DNA from: Methanomassiliicoccales archaeon
Lineage (GTDB): Archaea; Thermoplasmatota; Thermoplasmata; Methanomassiliicoccales; UBA472
DNA: 64,000 nucleotides
Assembly: GCA_038740345.1 (NCBI GenBank)
Contig: JAVYMA010000002.1
Span: 34,314-98,313 of the forward strand
Reading direction: 5' to 3'
Part shown: positions 27,586 through 37,585 of the stretch, in pieces
Position numbering within the stretch: position 1 is the stretch's first letter
Layout of the letters: each line of letters opens with the position of its first letter
Notes under the pieces: model-generated
Database searches by the model: none
What the model saw: only the letters and a program-made list of their open reading frames with translations
What the model was told of the DNA's origin: nothing
Position numbers and translations under genes: made by a program

Positions 27586-27799
27586 TTTGATGTCGCAAAA
27601 GCGCTTTTTAATAAAGGAGATAGGAGGTATATTCCATCCTCAAAATATGACATTTATCAGACGTTCTGTTTAAATTATGTCATCATTCAGTCTGACAAAT
27701 TAAACGTAAATTGAATGCCTAATTGAATGCCTATGAAAAGTATCTATTAGTTTCCTCATCATTAATACGTACTGCTGTCATTGGTCAAGGAGAAAGGAT

Positions 27800-28597
27800 G
27801 TGAGCATAGCAAAAGTTAGAGACATGATAATGAGCTTCGAGATCCAGGGAAGAGGGGAAGCGTTACTGCTGATCTCGGATTTGGGCACTAACAGATCATT
27901 TTGGGCGAACCAATTACCTGCCTTCTCCTCCACCATGATGACCATAACCTTCGATGGCCGAGGAACAGGCAATACTGATAGCCCTGAAGGGAAGACTAGC
28001 ATCGAGGCCCTGGCCCAAGACGCTATAGGATTGATGGGCGTCATCGGTTTAGAGAAAGCTCATTTAATAGGGATGGGCATGGGCGGAAGGGTCGCCGCTA
28101 AGGTCGCCTTAAATAAGCCTAATAGCGTTCAAACTCTTGTACTCTGTTCCACCTCTCCCTGTGCCACGCCTTCGCAGATGACTTTTCTCCGCTCAATCCA
28201 GCTGCTATCACGTTCAGGAGCCAGTCCTAAGGAGATTGCCTGTTTCGAACTCCCTTGGCTCCAAAGCAGGAGATTTGTGAGCGACAAGAGAATGATAGAA
28301 GCCCTAGCGACTTTGAGGGCCAATCGCTTCAGCGGTACATCCCCTGAGTCTAGATGTCAGCTTATAGATGCTTATCTTGAAAACGATTTGAGCGATCAAA
28401 TGCAAGAAATTTGCATGCCTACCTTGATAGTGTCGGGGCAGGATGACATATTAACACCTATTTGTTATCAAGAGGAAATGGCAAAAAAGATTAGGGGGGC
28501 CGAAATACTCAGACTCGAGGCAGCACATATGGTCAATTGTGAGAGACCACGAGAATTCAACTATGGAGTCCTAGATTTCATACAGCGTCATTCATAA
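27800..28597 (+). CDS. alpha/beta-fold hydrolase
   Basis: 265-aa ORF. It has a nucleophile-elbow-like GMGMGG (no Ser visible, so atypical), the C-terminal catalytic-His context AAHMVNCERP, and a GTG start 6-7 nt after AAGGAG. Confidence 0.7.
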   Translation: MSIAKVRDMIMSFEIQGRGEALLLISDLGTNRSFWANQLPAFSSTMMTITFDGRGTGNTDSPEGKTSIEALAQDAIGLMGVIGLEKAHLIGMGMGGRVAAKVALNKPNSVQTLVLCSTSPCATPSQMTFLRSIQLLSRSGASPKEIACFELPWLQSRRFVSDKRMIEALATLRANRFSGTSPESRCQLIDAYLENDLSDQMQEICMPTLIVSGQDDILTPICYQEEMAKKIRGAEILRLEAAHMVNCERPREFNYGVLDFIQRHS

Positions 28598-28599
28598 GC

Positions 28600-29085
28600 T
28601 CATTTCCAGCTTCGCCCTCGAGCAGCCTTGGCGATCTTTGCCATTTCCAGAACCGTTTCTTCCAATCTATCTAGAAATAACCTGTCCAACTTGTCATCCT
28701 TTTCGGGCTCGGGAATCTCCAATTTGAAGCTGCCATGCTGGCCTGATATAGATTTAAATTTTGCCTGCTGCAAGAGGAAAGATACGCGATTTCTTTCTCC
28801 ATTATCCAAGTAAATTTTTTTAGTGATATATTGAAGACGACTTTCCAAGGTGAGTGATGGGCGCCCCCCCTCGCTCTCATAGGCCTGAACTAGCTCCACT
28901 TCCATGTCTTTGTCCTTGAATAATACGTTGAAGCCACGTTCTGTTTCAACTACCTTAATTAAATGTGGGTGGCTCTGCTCTACGTTCTTCAACTCCTTGA
29001 GTATCTCCAGTCCCCTTTGCCCAAGAATCGGCCCTGGAATTTTAGTGCTCATTTCAACATCCCTAAAACTTGTAGGTTTAATCAT
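28600..29085 (-). CDS. hypothetical protein
   Basis: 161-aa ORF with protein-like composition. No family recognised. Confidence 0.45.
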   Translation of the reverse strand: MIKPTSFRDVEMSTKIPGPILGQRGLEILKELKNVEQSHPHLIKVVETERGFNVLFKDKDMEVELVQAYESEGGRPSLTLESRLQYITKKIYLDNGERNRVSFLLQQAKFKSISGQHGSFKLEIPEPEKDDKLDRLFLDRLEETVLEMAKIAKAARGRSWK

Positions 29086-29996
29086 TTAATAAAATGATGT
29101 TTTTGCTAGCGTCTTAGTTCCTGACCACTCTCCCAAGCCGGTTAGTAAATAATGTTTTAACAGCTGGGCTTAAAGATGTTAGAATGCAAGATAGTAGATG
29201 GAAGAGTTAGTGTCGTTCCTGTTTAGGGTCAGGGATAATGGTATCTCAAGCTTCAAGACAATAATAATCGGCCATCTCAAGATTTCTTTCGCCACCCTTC
29301 TTCTTACAATCGGGAATCTCCTCAGAGGTAAAGATTTACCTATGGCCATGATTTCCATGTGGATAATCTCACGTTTAAAGCCCATTTCTTTGCATCACTT
29401 CACGCATGAAATTTTGTTCTCTCCTTAAGAATGAACATAGGTCATGCGGTGCTTTTCCTAATTCCCTTTGTCAGAACAGATTTCAGGTCGGAGAAGTTAG
29501 AAATTTGATCCAACTCTTTCTTCTTGACCACATTTTCAGCCATAATTCCAATGTTGGCATAAGGTGTTTTTCCACCCATATCCTTTCTTGTTAAAAAGTA
29601 AAAAGATGACAATATTTTTAAAATATATATTATTTTATTATTTTTACAAGGATAAACCCCTGTATTCACATTTTAATGAAAGAGCTGGCATGGAACAATT
29701 GCTTGAAGAATTTCGCAGAAAGTGGAGATTTTTCAAACCACTGAATAAAAAAATTGGATTTTTTACTCTCTATATAAAGAGGGTATCAATTACCATCTGC
29801 AAAATGGTAATGGAAGAATCAATCGACAAGGTTCTTCGACAACTCTCTAGTCAATTAAAAAATTGACCAGAATTTAAATATGGGAATAAAGGTCGAGAAG
29901 AGAGACGGACGGGAAGAATCCAAACGAATTGGCTGAGTAGCTTAGAATTAAAATAAATTTGAAGCGAAGACTGTTTCATGGAGGGTTGACGTATAT

Positions 29997-31373
29997 TTGA
30001 ATAAACGCGAGAAGCAAGATGGAGTTGGGTCTTTTCTTAGCGTGTTTCCATGGGAATTTTTCACAAAATATACCCGCCAGCAACTCCTTTCCATTGGATC
30101 TTTCATCCTGATTGTCATTTGTACATCTGCGATTATCCTCTGGGCTTTGATAACCGAGGCTACCACTCGCCCTCCTCTTTTGATTGCGGCCAAGACTTCC
30201 GCTTTCCTTGCCATCATTCTCCTCTCAATGAATTTTTTGTTGGCTACAAGACTTAAGGTCCTAGAACGCGCGTTCGGAGGACTTGATAAGCTATACAAGG
30301 TGCACAAATTAGTGGGCAAGCTTGCCTTGTTATTCGCACTCCTCCACCCCATTTTCTTGGCTGTGCACAGGGCCAATCAACCTCATCTTCTTATGATGTA
30401 TTTCCTACCGGGAGTCAATGTCCCTTATACTCTCGGCCTCCTAGCCACATCTGGGTTGCTGGTCGTTGTGTTCTTGAGCGTAAGGCCCACACTACCATAT
30501 CATCTTTGGAAGAAGACGCATCGATTCATTGTTCTCCCGCTTTTTTTAGCCGCGGTACACGCGCTTCTTTCAGGCTCCGATATATCACGGCATCCTGCTC
30601 TGGGCTATTTGGTGCTGACTTTTTCATTTATTGGTCTTCTCTCTTTCCTTTACATTGTCCTGTTGTATCGGTATTTTGGTCCTAGAACTCAGGGGACAGT
30701 TACTAAGGTGCGCAAAATGGGCAACATAACCGAGCTTACCATAGCTCCCGACAAGGCCTTAAGATTCCATCCTGGGCAGTTCATCTTCATTCGCTTTCTA
30801 GCATTTCCCAACAGTAAAGAATCATTTCCATTTTCATTATCTAGCGATCCGTCTGAGAGCGAGCTACGCATATCTGTAAAAGCCGCAGGAGATTTCACCT
30901 CTGGTCCATTGACCGAATCAGCTCCAGGTCATAGGGTGGAGATTATGGGGCCTTATGGTAAATTCGGAGAGCGGTATCTGGCTCAGAGGCGAGACATGAT
31001 CTGGTTGGCGGGAGGGATCGGAATCACTCCTTTCCTCAGCATGGCTAAGCATGAACGCCGTCAGCCTCCGAAAAGGAGAGTCGACCTCGTATGGGTCTAC
31101 AGCGATCCTTCTGATATGGCTTATGAGGAAGAGATATTAAAGGAAATGAAAGGAAGGCAAAGCTTCCACTATCATCATTGGAACTCCAGAACCATGGGCA
31201 GGATAGATGCTGTGAAGCTGGCCTCCTTGGTAGGAGGTGTAGAGGAATTGAGGCGCAGGGCGATTTTCGTTTGTGGACCACCCGCTCTCATGCGCTCGAT
31301 GTTCGACCAATTGGTGCGATTGGGCGTGACACCGCGCAACATAATTTACGAGGACTTCAATCTTCTTGGCTGA
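29997..31373 (+). CDS. NOX/FRE-type ferric-reductase-domain flavocytochrome (6-TM bis-heme domain + FAD/NAD(P)H-binding FNR-like domain)
   Basis: 458-aa ORF. His pairs have the canonical spacings H-x13-H (HKLVGKLALLFALLH) and H-x12-H (HRFIVLPLFLAAVH). The FAD motif region is FPFSLSS, the NAD(P)H motif is GGIGITPF, and CGPPALM is near the C-terminus. TTG start, uncertain. Confidence 0.8.
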   Translation: MNKREKQDGVGSFLSVFPWEFFTKYTRQQLLSIGSFILIVICTSAIILWALITEATTRPPLLIAAKTSAFLAIILLSMNFLLATRLKVLERAFGGLDKLYKVHKLVGKLALLFALLHPIFLAVHRANQPHLLMMYFLPGVNVPYTLGLLATSGLLVVVFLSVRPTLPYHLWKKTHRFIVLPLFLAAVHALLSGSDISRHPALGYLVLTFSFIGLLSFLYIVLLYRYFGPRTQGTVTKVRKMGNITELTIAPDKALRFHPGQFIFIRFLAFPNSKESFPFSLSSDPSESELRISVKAAGDFTSGPLTESAPGHRVEIMGPYGKFGERYLAQRRDMIWLAGGIGITPFLSMAKHERRQPPKRRVDLVWVYSDPSDMAYEEEILKEMKGRQSFHYHHWNSRTMGRIDAVKLASLVGGVEELRRRAIFVCGPPALMRSMFDQLVRLGVTPRNIIYEDFNLLG

Positions 31374-31384
31374 TCTTTAACCAC

Positions 31385-31978
31385 TCATTTTTTAGCTATC
31401 CAAGCGCAAGTCCTTCCTAATGACCATATCTTCTCAACTCTATTGAATCCAGCTTTTATCAGCATCTTTTGCCAGAGGGCTTGATCTTCCTCGTCCTCGA
31501 GGTTCTCCACCAATATGAACCCCCCGCCATTTTCTAGATGCCTATGCGCCATCTGCAGCAACTCTTCTTTTCGCTCAATTCCTAATTCTGATAATCCATT
31601 GATGCAAATTATTAGCCTAGCAGAAACCTCTGGAAACCCCCGTGCCAGATCTAATCTTGAAGGGATAACGAAGCCCAGATGGGTCTGGAAATGAAATCGA
31701 GAAGCGCAAATGCAGACATTCTCCCATGAAGAGTCCAAGAGCAAAAATCGGCAAAGATCCTGATGATTTTCTATGAAAGGTTCTATGAAGTCGCCTTCCC
31801 CACAACGAAGGTCAACAATCCTTGATTGTGGTTTAATGCATTCATTCCCAGCTCTGAAGATGGCCTGGCGAAGCGAATAATACTGCGGCGTCCCCTTTTC
31901 TACAGGCAGATCTTTTGGTATTAGCAACATGCTTGTTGCTCTAGGGTTCGATATCGTTTCAACCACTGATTCGGCCAT
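31385..31978 (-). CDS. class I SAM-dependent methyltransferase
   Basis: 197-aa ORF. It has a motif-I-like IVDLRCGEGDF and a post-I acidic residue (LLLDSS). Confidence 0.6.
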   Translation of the reverse strand: MAESVVETISNPRATSMLLIPKDLPVEKGTPQYYSLRQAIFRAGNECIKPQSRIVDLRCGEGDFIEPFIENHQDLCRFLLLDSSWENVCICASRFHFQTHLGFVIPSRLDLARGFPEVSARLIICINGLSELGIERKEELLQMAHRHLENGGGFILVENLEDEEDQALWQKMLIKAGFNRVEKIWSLGRTCAWIAKK

Positions 31979-32377
31979 CTTCTTTCACCTCCTGTTTATC
32001 AATGCATTTATCCGTGCTATGACATGACATAGCATGCAATTATTTATTTCTTTTGTCCCACTTTCTTATTTTTTATACTTTTTCAATTAAGCAATTGTTT
32101 CAATCATTTCTTTCTCACTCAACACACTCATTAGTCTGTCCATTTGTACTTAAAAAGGTGTAAAATTTTAACAAAAGAACGAAAGAACCCCTTCAGAGAA
32201 TAAAAGCATAGTTTACCTTTTTTAATTATTAATTATCTCAATGATCAGATCAACGACTCAGCTGCCTTATTCCGAGTCTGAGACGGTATTTTATGAAGAC
32301 AACGGACGCGAAATTGGCAAGACGTTTGAAGATTATTTTTATTATTTATCAGTTTGAAATGATTAAACCGTGAAATA

Positions 32378-34069
32378 ATGTTGAAAGGGAAGCCAATAAT
32401 TGATGAAGTTGCATAACAAGCGGTGAGAAAAGCCCTAACTGCCCTCAAGGAGCAAGTGAAAATATTCTGTTTACGGATGGGAGTGACAATCGCCTCACAT
32501 GTGCGGCACAAAGTCAACTTTTGCATGAGCTTGTGTCGCTAAGTGAGAAAATAACACTTGTGGAGATGAATGCTTTAAAAGAATCTGAGAAAATAGTAGA
32601 TTTTGGCATCAGGCGCTTCCCAGCAACGGTGATTTTAGGGAAGGAGGATTTCGGCATCCGCTTCTACGGCCTTATCGCTGGCACAGAATTCTCCGCTCTA
32701 TTGGAAGACATATTGATGATATCTCTTGGCCAAAGTGGCTTGGACCATGAATTGGAGTTATTGGTCAATGCTAGCGACAAAGACGTTCATATCCGGGCAA
32801 TGGCAAGCTTGAATTGTCCTTATTGCCCAAAGATGGTTAGAGAAGCGCATCAATTCGCTTTCGTAACCCCTTGCTTCCGTGCGGATATGGTCGAGGTGGC
32901 AGAATTTCCCGATGTAGTGAAGGAATATGAAGTCAAGGGCGTGCCCCGAACGATTATAAATGAATTACATCGCTTTGATGGCTTAGTTCCTGCAGAACGC
33001 TTGTACTTGCAAGTTTTGAAAGCGGTGCACCTGAATACTTACTTTCGGATTCAGCAAGAGATTCGCTCTCTTGAGGGTAAAAGAAGGGCCCGGACACCTA
33101 ACCCCTCCCATGAATATGATGTTATCATCATAGGAGCGGGACCCGCGGGGATGTCAGCCACACTCTATGCAGCCCGAAAAGGTTTAGACGTCTTATTGTT
33201 GTCCAATGATCTCGGTGGTCAAGTAAATTACACCGCCAAGGCGGAGAACTACTTAGGAGTCCCTGAGGTTAGCGGTGCAGAAATGGTGGGAGCATTTCGG
33301 GAACATATTGAATTATATGGAATCGCAGAAGGCTTGGGCGAAATTGTGCACGAGGTCTTTCATTCAGAAAATGGGATTTACCGTAAGGACGGAAACTGAC
33401 CGGGATTTTAGGTCAAAGGCAGTGATTTTCTGCGGAGGAAAGGAATATAGGCGCACAGGTGCACGAGGTGAGGAGAAACTACTCGGCAAAGGAATCGCTT
33501 TCTGCGCAACCTGCGATGCCCCATTATACAAAGAGAAAATAATAGCAGTTGTTGGAGGCGGGAACTCCGCGTTTACGGCTCTCAGAGATCTTCTTCCACT
33601 CGTTAGGAAGGCCTATCTGGTGCATCGTCGAGGGATTTTCGAGCCGACGCTCCGCTGGTAGACGAGGTCTGAAGCTCAAATAAGGTTATTTTTTTGCTCC
33701 CGTATATGGTTGAGAAATTCTTAGGCGACGATCATTTGGAGGCAGCGCTGTTAAGAAACATAGAAAATGAAGAAGTATTTCTTCTCGAAATTGACGGAGT
33801 ATTTTTAGAGATTGGAATGGAGCCTAAGGTCGGCCCTCTTCGGAATCACGTGAGGTTGAATGAAATTGGGGAGGTACCGGTAGGCAAGGATATGTCCACC
33901 GAAGTCGAGGGACTTTTTCGTTGCAGGGGATGTGACTGATTCCAAGGAGAAACAAATATCTATCGCTGTTGGTAAGGGGGCCATGGCTGCTCTCTCAGCC
34001 CATCGCTATTTAGTGGAAAGGGGATTGACTGCGAGCCGTGTACCCACGGTGGACCTTGGCAATGAGTAG
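32378..34069 (+). pseudogene. decayed glutaredoxin-like-domain + FAD/NAD(P)H disulfide reductase (AhpF / thioredoxin-reductase-like)
   Basis: Homology runs through at least 5 frame segments: MLKGKPIIDEVA-TAA(32414-32416)-QAVRKALTALKEQVKI / LFTDGSDNRLTCAAQ..NCPYCPKM..DVIIIGAGPAGMSATLYAARKG / FTVRTE..FCATCDAPLY..VVGGGNSA / RDFRADAPLVDEV-TGA(33670-33672)-..IDGVFLEIG / AGDVTDSKEKQISIAVGKGAMAALSAHRYL. Frameshifts lie near 32465, 33375, 33630 and 33920. Confidence 0.75.
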
Positions 34070-34369
34070 GTTATAGATATTCTCGATGCATTCGCTCTCG
34101 ATGTTCTAGGTATAGCGCCCATGCTAATTCGATATGGTGGTGTAGTAAATACTTTCATATCCAATCCCCGCAATTTTTATATTTTAATCTTATCAAAATT
34201 TAAATGGCTCAGTACGCAATCCTTTTATTAGAGAATTTGATTTTAAAAGAATGAAAATATAATTATCTTTGAAACCTCTTAGAATCATAAAAATTTTCGC
34301 CTTTCTACCATACACATAAGTTTTATCAATTGCAGCAATCGGAAGAGGAAACTTCAACCTACTAATGAT

Positions 34370-35269
34370 TTAAACAAAACCACTCTTAATTTTTACAAAG
34401 TTGCCTTGCCGCAATTCCTCGAAGGCTAAATCCAGCTCTTTCTGAGTGTTCATCACGATAGGGCCTCTCCATGCCATAGGCTCTTTCAACGGCGTTCCAT
34501 GAGCAAAAAGAAACTGGCACCCTTTCTCACCCGCCTGAGCCATAATACAATCCCCTTGCGTAAAGAGGATTGTGCTGTTATTCTGAATGGCCTTACTATG
34601 GTCATCTTCTAAGACATTTATCCCGCCTTCAAAGATATGGGCAAAAGCAAGATCGTCATGCGGAATGGAGGCGCTCCACTCGGCTCTTGGCGGTAGCTCC
34701 GTGTGAAAGAGACCAATTTTCACCACCATCTCTTTCATCGCTCCCTGCACTCCATTCCTAGAGCCAGCAATAATCTTTATCCTAGCTCCTTCCTCGGTCC
34801 AAATTGTTGGGATATCAGCGGATCTAAAATCCTGATAACTTGGATTAACTAATTTTTGGTCACGCGGCAGATTGACCCATAGTTGAAATCCATTTATTCC
34901 CTCCCTTCCAGCTCGCGGCATCTCCTGATGAAGAATCCCACTACCAGCAATCATCCATTGGACTTCACCTGGACCGATTTTTCCCCAGTTCCCAAGGCTA
35001 TCCTGATGCTCAATGCTTCCTGAAATTAGATAGGTTACTGTTTGTATGCCGCGATGTGGGTGAAAGGGAAAACCAGCCTCAAAATCATTCGGGTCGAAAG
35101 AACGGAAATGGTCCAACAATAGAAAAGGGTCGAAATCAGCGGCTTCTTTTTGTCCGAACGCTCTATTCAAGCGGACTCCAGCACCTTCCGTGATCGACTT
35201 GGCTACTAATACCATACGAACGCTTCGGCGCCTCATAATCGATTCTACGATGCAAGGGGTATTTCTCAT
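34370..35269 (-). CDS. pirin family (cupin) protein
   Basis: 299-aa ORF. FPFHPHRGIQTVTYLISG is the pirin metal-binding cupin motif, and a second cupin half follows. Confidence 0.85.
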   Translation of the reverse strand: MRNTPCIVESIMRRRSVRMVLVAKSITEGAGVRLNRAFGQKEAADFDPFLLLDHFRSFDPNDFEAGFPFHPHRGIQTVTYLISGSIEHQDSLGNWGKIGPGEVQWMIAGSGILHQEMPRAGREGINGFQLWVNLPRDQKLVNPSYQDFRSADIPTIWTEEGARIKIIAGSRNGVQGAMKEMVVKIGLFHTELPPRAEWSASIPHDDLAFAHIFEGGINVLEDDHSKAIQNNSTILFTQGDCIMAQAGEKGCQFLFAHGTPLKEPMAWRGPIVMNTQKELDLAFEELRQGNFVKIKSGFV

Positions 35270-35301
35270 TTAGGTAGGTAATTAAGTGCTTTGACAATTT
35301 A

Positions 35302-35694
35302 TTAAATAAGAAAGGCCAACCCGAAGAGAACTACAATCGACAACAATATAATAGCAGCGATTAAGGTTATAACAACAGCAAGTACAGCGATTAGTAACGC
35401 CTTCCCCCATGTGGTGCGGAATAGGAATTTGTATAATGCCAGGAAAGCCAATAAAGCGATAATGGTACTTAGGAGCAAAGACCACGGTCGGTCCAGGAAA
35501 GCGCTTGAAATCCTTGAGCTAAAATAATAAACTCCATAGAAAACGAATGAGCCCAGCAGGGTACCCAGCATGGCTGCTCCTAAAGAGACTCGACCGTCTG
35601 TGACTACCCTAGCTGCGAGGTATAAAGGGAAAGATATGATTACCCAGACCATTAGAAGTAGAAGAACAGTCACTAATAACGTGAACAAGATCAT
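35302..35694 (-). CDS. hypothetical membrane protein
   Basis: 130-aa ORF with four hydrophobic segments. Confidence 0.5.
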   Translation of the reverse strand: MILFTLLVTVLLLLMVWVIISFPLYLAARVVTDGRVSLGAAMLGTLLGSFVFYGVYYFSSRISSAFLDRPWSLLLSTIIALLAFLALYKFLFRTTWGKALLIAVLAVVITLIAAIILLSIVVLFGLAFLI

Positions 35695-35712
35695 TTCTTA
35701 GCTCCGCAATAA

Positions 35713-36051
35713 TTATCCTAAACATTCTCCAGTCATATGGACCTTTCCAATCACCTCATTCAGAGGCAAGACCATCGCCATACCATTTCCTGGCTCGTTC
35801 AATTTAGTGGCCTGTACTATGGCATCCAGCACTTTTTGCTTTATATCGGAGCTGACAGTGGTCAAGAGGATCTCTTTTTCTGGTTCCACCATGAGTCCAA
35901 GGAAAGTTTTCCTCTCATGCACGCCACACCCTCTTCCAAATAGAATAGTACCTCCCTCTGCCCCTGCCTTTCTAGATGCTTCTAATGCCGTATCGGCCCA
36001 TCCCTTTCGAACTATGGTTATGATAAGTTCCATGCGCCTACCTTCGCTCAT
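35713..36051 (-). CDS. P-II (GlnB)-like small signalling protein
   Basis: 112-aa ORF. MELIITIVRKGWADTALEASRKAGAEGGTILFGRGCG matches the beta-alpha-beta start of P-II-like proteins. Its start overlaps the upstream stop by 1 nt. Confidence 0.65.
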   Translation of the reverse strand: MSEGRRMELIITIVRKGWADTALEASRKAGAEGGTILFGRGCGVHERKTFLGLMVEPEKEILLTTVSSDIKQKVLDAIVQATKLNEPGNGMAMVLPLNEVIGKVHMTGECLG

Positions 36052-36773
36052 TATATTCCCTTCTTCTTATGTTTAATGATTATCCCCAAAGACAAGATGA
36101 ATATTATTGGTGCGAGCGCAATAAGTGCGATCAGGCCGAAACCTGTCACCAACGGATCTCCTCCTTGTTGGACAGAGGCCACACCTACCGCCATGGACAT
36201 CAGGAAGGATACGGCCATCGGTCCCGTGGCAACACCTCCTGCATCAAAAGCTACGGCTACGAAATCCAAATCCGAAAGGAACAAAAGAACTATTACCAAT
36301 AAATAGCCGGGCAAGATGATGTATATGAAATCGATTTCATAGATTATCTTGGCGAATCCCAAAGATACTAAAGTGCCCACGCCGAAGGCCAAGGTGTAAA
36401 TTAGAAGACGATATTTTATGAAACCACTAGAGGATTTCTCCACTTGATAGCATAAGACTTTGACCGCCGGCTCCGCCAGGGTAGCTATGAATCCCATCAT
36501 GAATCCTAGCGGCACAAGTACCCAATTGTCAAGCAAAGAACCAAAGTATCGACCTATTTCGCTTCCCAGGGGTAAGAAGCCGAGGTAAACTCCTTCTAAA
36601 AACAGTACCATTCCTAATCCAGTCAGAGCAATACCCCAACCTAATTTTATTAATTGGTTGCGAGGGAATTTAATGAAAAGTAATTGGAAAATAAGGAAGA
36701 AGGCAATCAATGGAGCTAAGGCTGAAATTACATCAACTATCACATCACCAATTTCAACCGCCTCAACGCTCAT
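36051..36773 (-). CDS. DUF1538-like polytopic membrane protein (copy 2)
   Basis: 240-aa membrane ORF, paralogous to 36770-37465 (shared AFDAGGV(A/T)TGPM(A/T)V motif). Pairing with a P-II-like gene is typical of DUF1538 loci. The family call is from memory. Confidence 0.6.
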   Translation of the reverse strand: MSVEAVEIGDVIVDVISALAPLIAFFLIFQLLFIKFPRNQLIKLGWGIALTGLGMVLFLEGVYLGFLPLGSEIGRYFGSLLDNWVLVPLGFMMGFIATLAEPAVKVLCYQVEKSSSGFIKYRLLIYTLAFGVGTLVSLGFAKIIYEIDFIYIILPGYLLVIVLLFLSDLDFVAVAFDAGGVATGPMAVSFLMSMAVGVASVQQGGDPLVTGFGLIALIALAPIIFILSLGIIIKHKKKGI

Positions 36774-37465
36774 CCCCAGAAAACCCCCAAAAGCATCAAG
36801 CCCAATATAGGGCCGATAGAAGCGATTCCGATGAGGCCGAAGCCCTCGGATAAGCGACTTTTACCGCTTAGTACCGAAGTTAAACCTATTCCAAGCGCCA
36901 ATATGACTGGGACCGTCATTGGTCCGGTGGTTACTCCTCCAGCGTCAAAGGCTATGGCCATATACTCCTTTGGAACAAAGAAGGAAAGGGCGATTACCGA
37001 AACATAACCAGCAGCTAGAACATACCTAATATCCACACTGAATAATATCCTCAAAGCTGCGACAGCCATGAATAGAGCAAGGCTGAACGAGATGACAAAA
37101 AGTAGGGCGGTGCGCGAAATCTCGTCCTCTGAAACTGAAGCTATTACGCTGCTAAGGACACGTACATCGGGTTCAGCCAATGTGACGAGGAATGAGAGGG
37201 CGAAAATCGTACCTACAATGAATAGCACTGATTGCCTCTGCGGCAAAGCCCCACCAACCGCTTCACCCATTGGCAACATCCCTTCTTTTACACCGATGAG
37301 GAAGAGGGTAAATCCTAGTAGGACCATTAAAACCGCAACCATAAATCCTGCGATTTCAATTAGGGACTTCTTCAACAGTAATATCTGGATAATTAGCGCA
37401 ATGATCACTATTGGCGAGACGGAGTATGCAACTTCTTTTAATGTGCTCCGAAAGCCATCTACCAT
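36770..37465 (-). CDS. DUF1538-like polytopic membrane protein (copy 1)
   Basis: 231-aa membrane ORF containing TLAEPDVRVL and AFDAGGVTTGPMTV. It overlaps the downstream paralogue by 4 nt. Confidence 0.6.
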   Translation of the reverse strand: MVDGFRSTLKEVAYSVSPIVIIALIIQILLLKKSLIEIAGFMVAVLMVLLGFTLFLIGVKEGMLPMGEAVGGALPQRQSVLFIVGTIFALSFLVTLAEPDVRVLSSVIASVSEDEISRTALLFVISFSLALFMAVAALRILFSVDIRYVLAAGYVSVIALSFFVPKEYMAIAFDAGGVTTGPMTVPVILALGIGLTSVLSGKSRLSEGFGLIGIASIGPILGLMLLGVFWG

Positions 37466-37585
37466 ATTTTCCCCATCTTACTGCAGCTCTTTGGATTAGT
37501 AACTTTCGCATAAGCAAATAGATACACTCTTGCGAATTTTGTTAAAAAAATAAATCTGGCTCTTTAAGAGCCAAATGTGGTACTT

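Noticed and set aside
32245-32526. 93-aa minus-strand ORF
   Set aside because: It is antisense to the N-terminal remnant of the AhpF-like pseudogene (MLKGKPIIDEVA..LFTDGSDNRLTCAAQ on the + strand) and has no family match.
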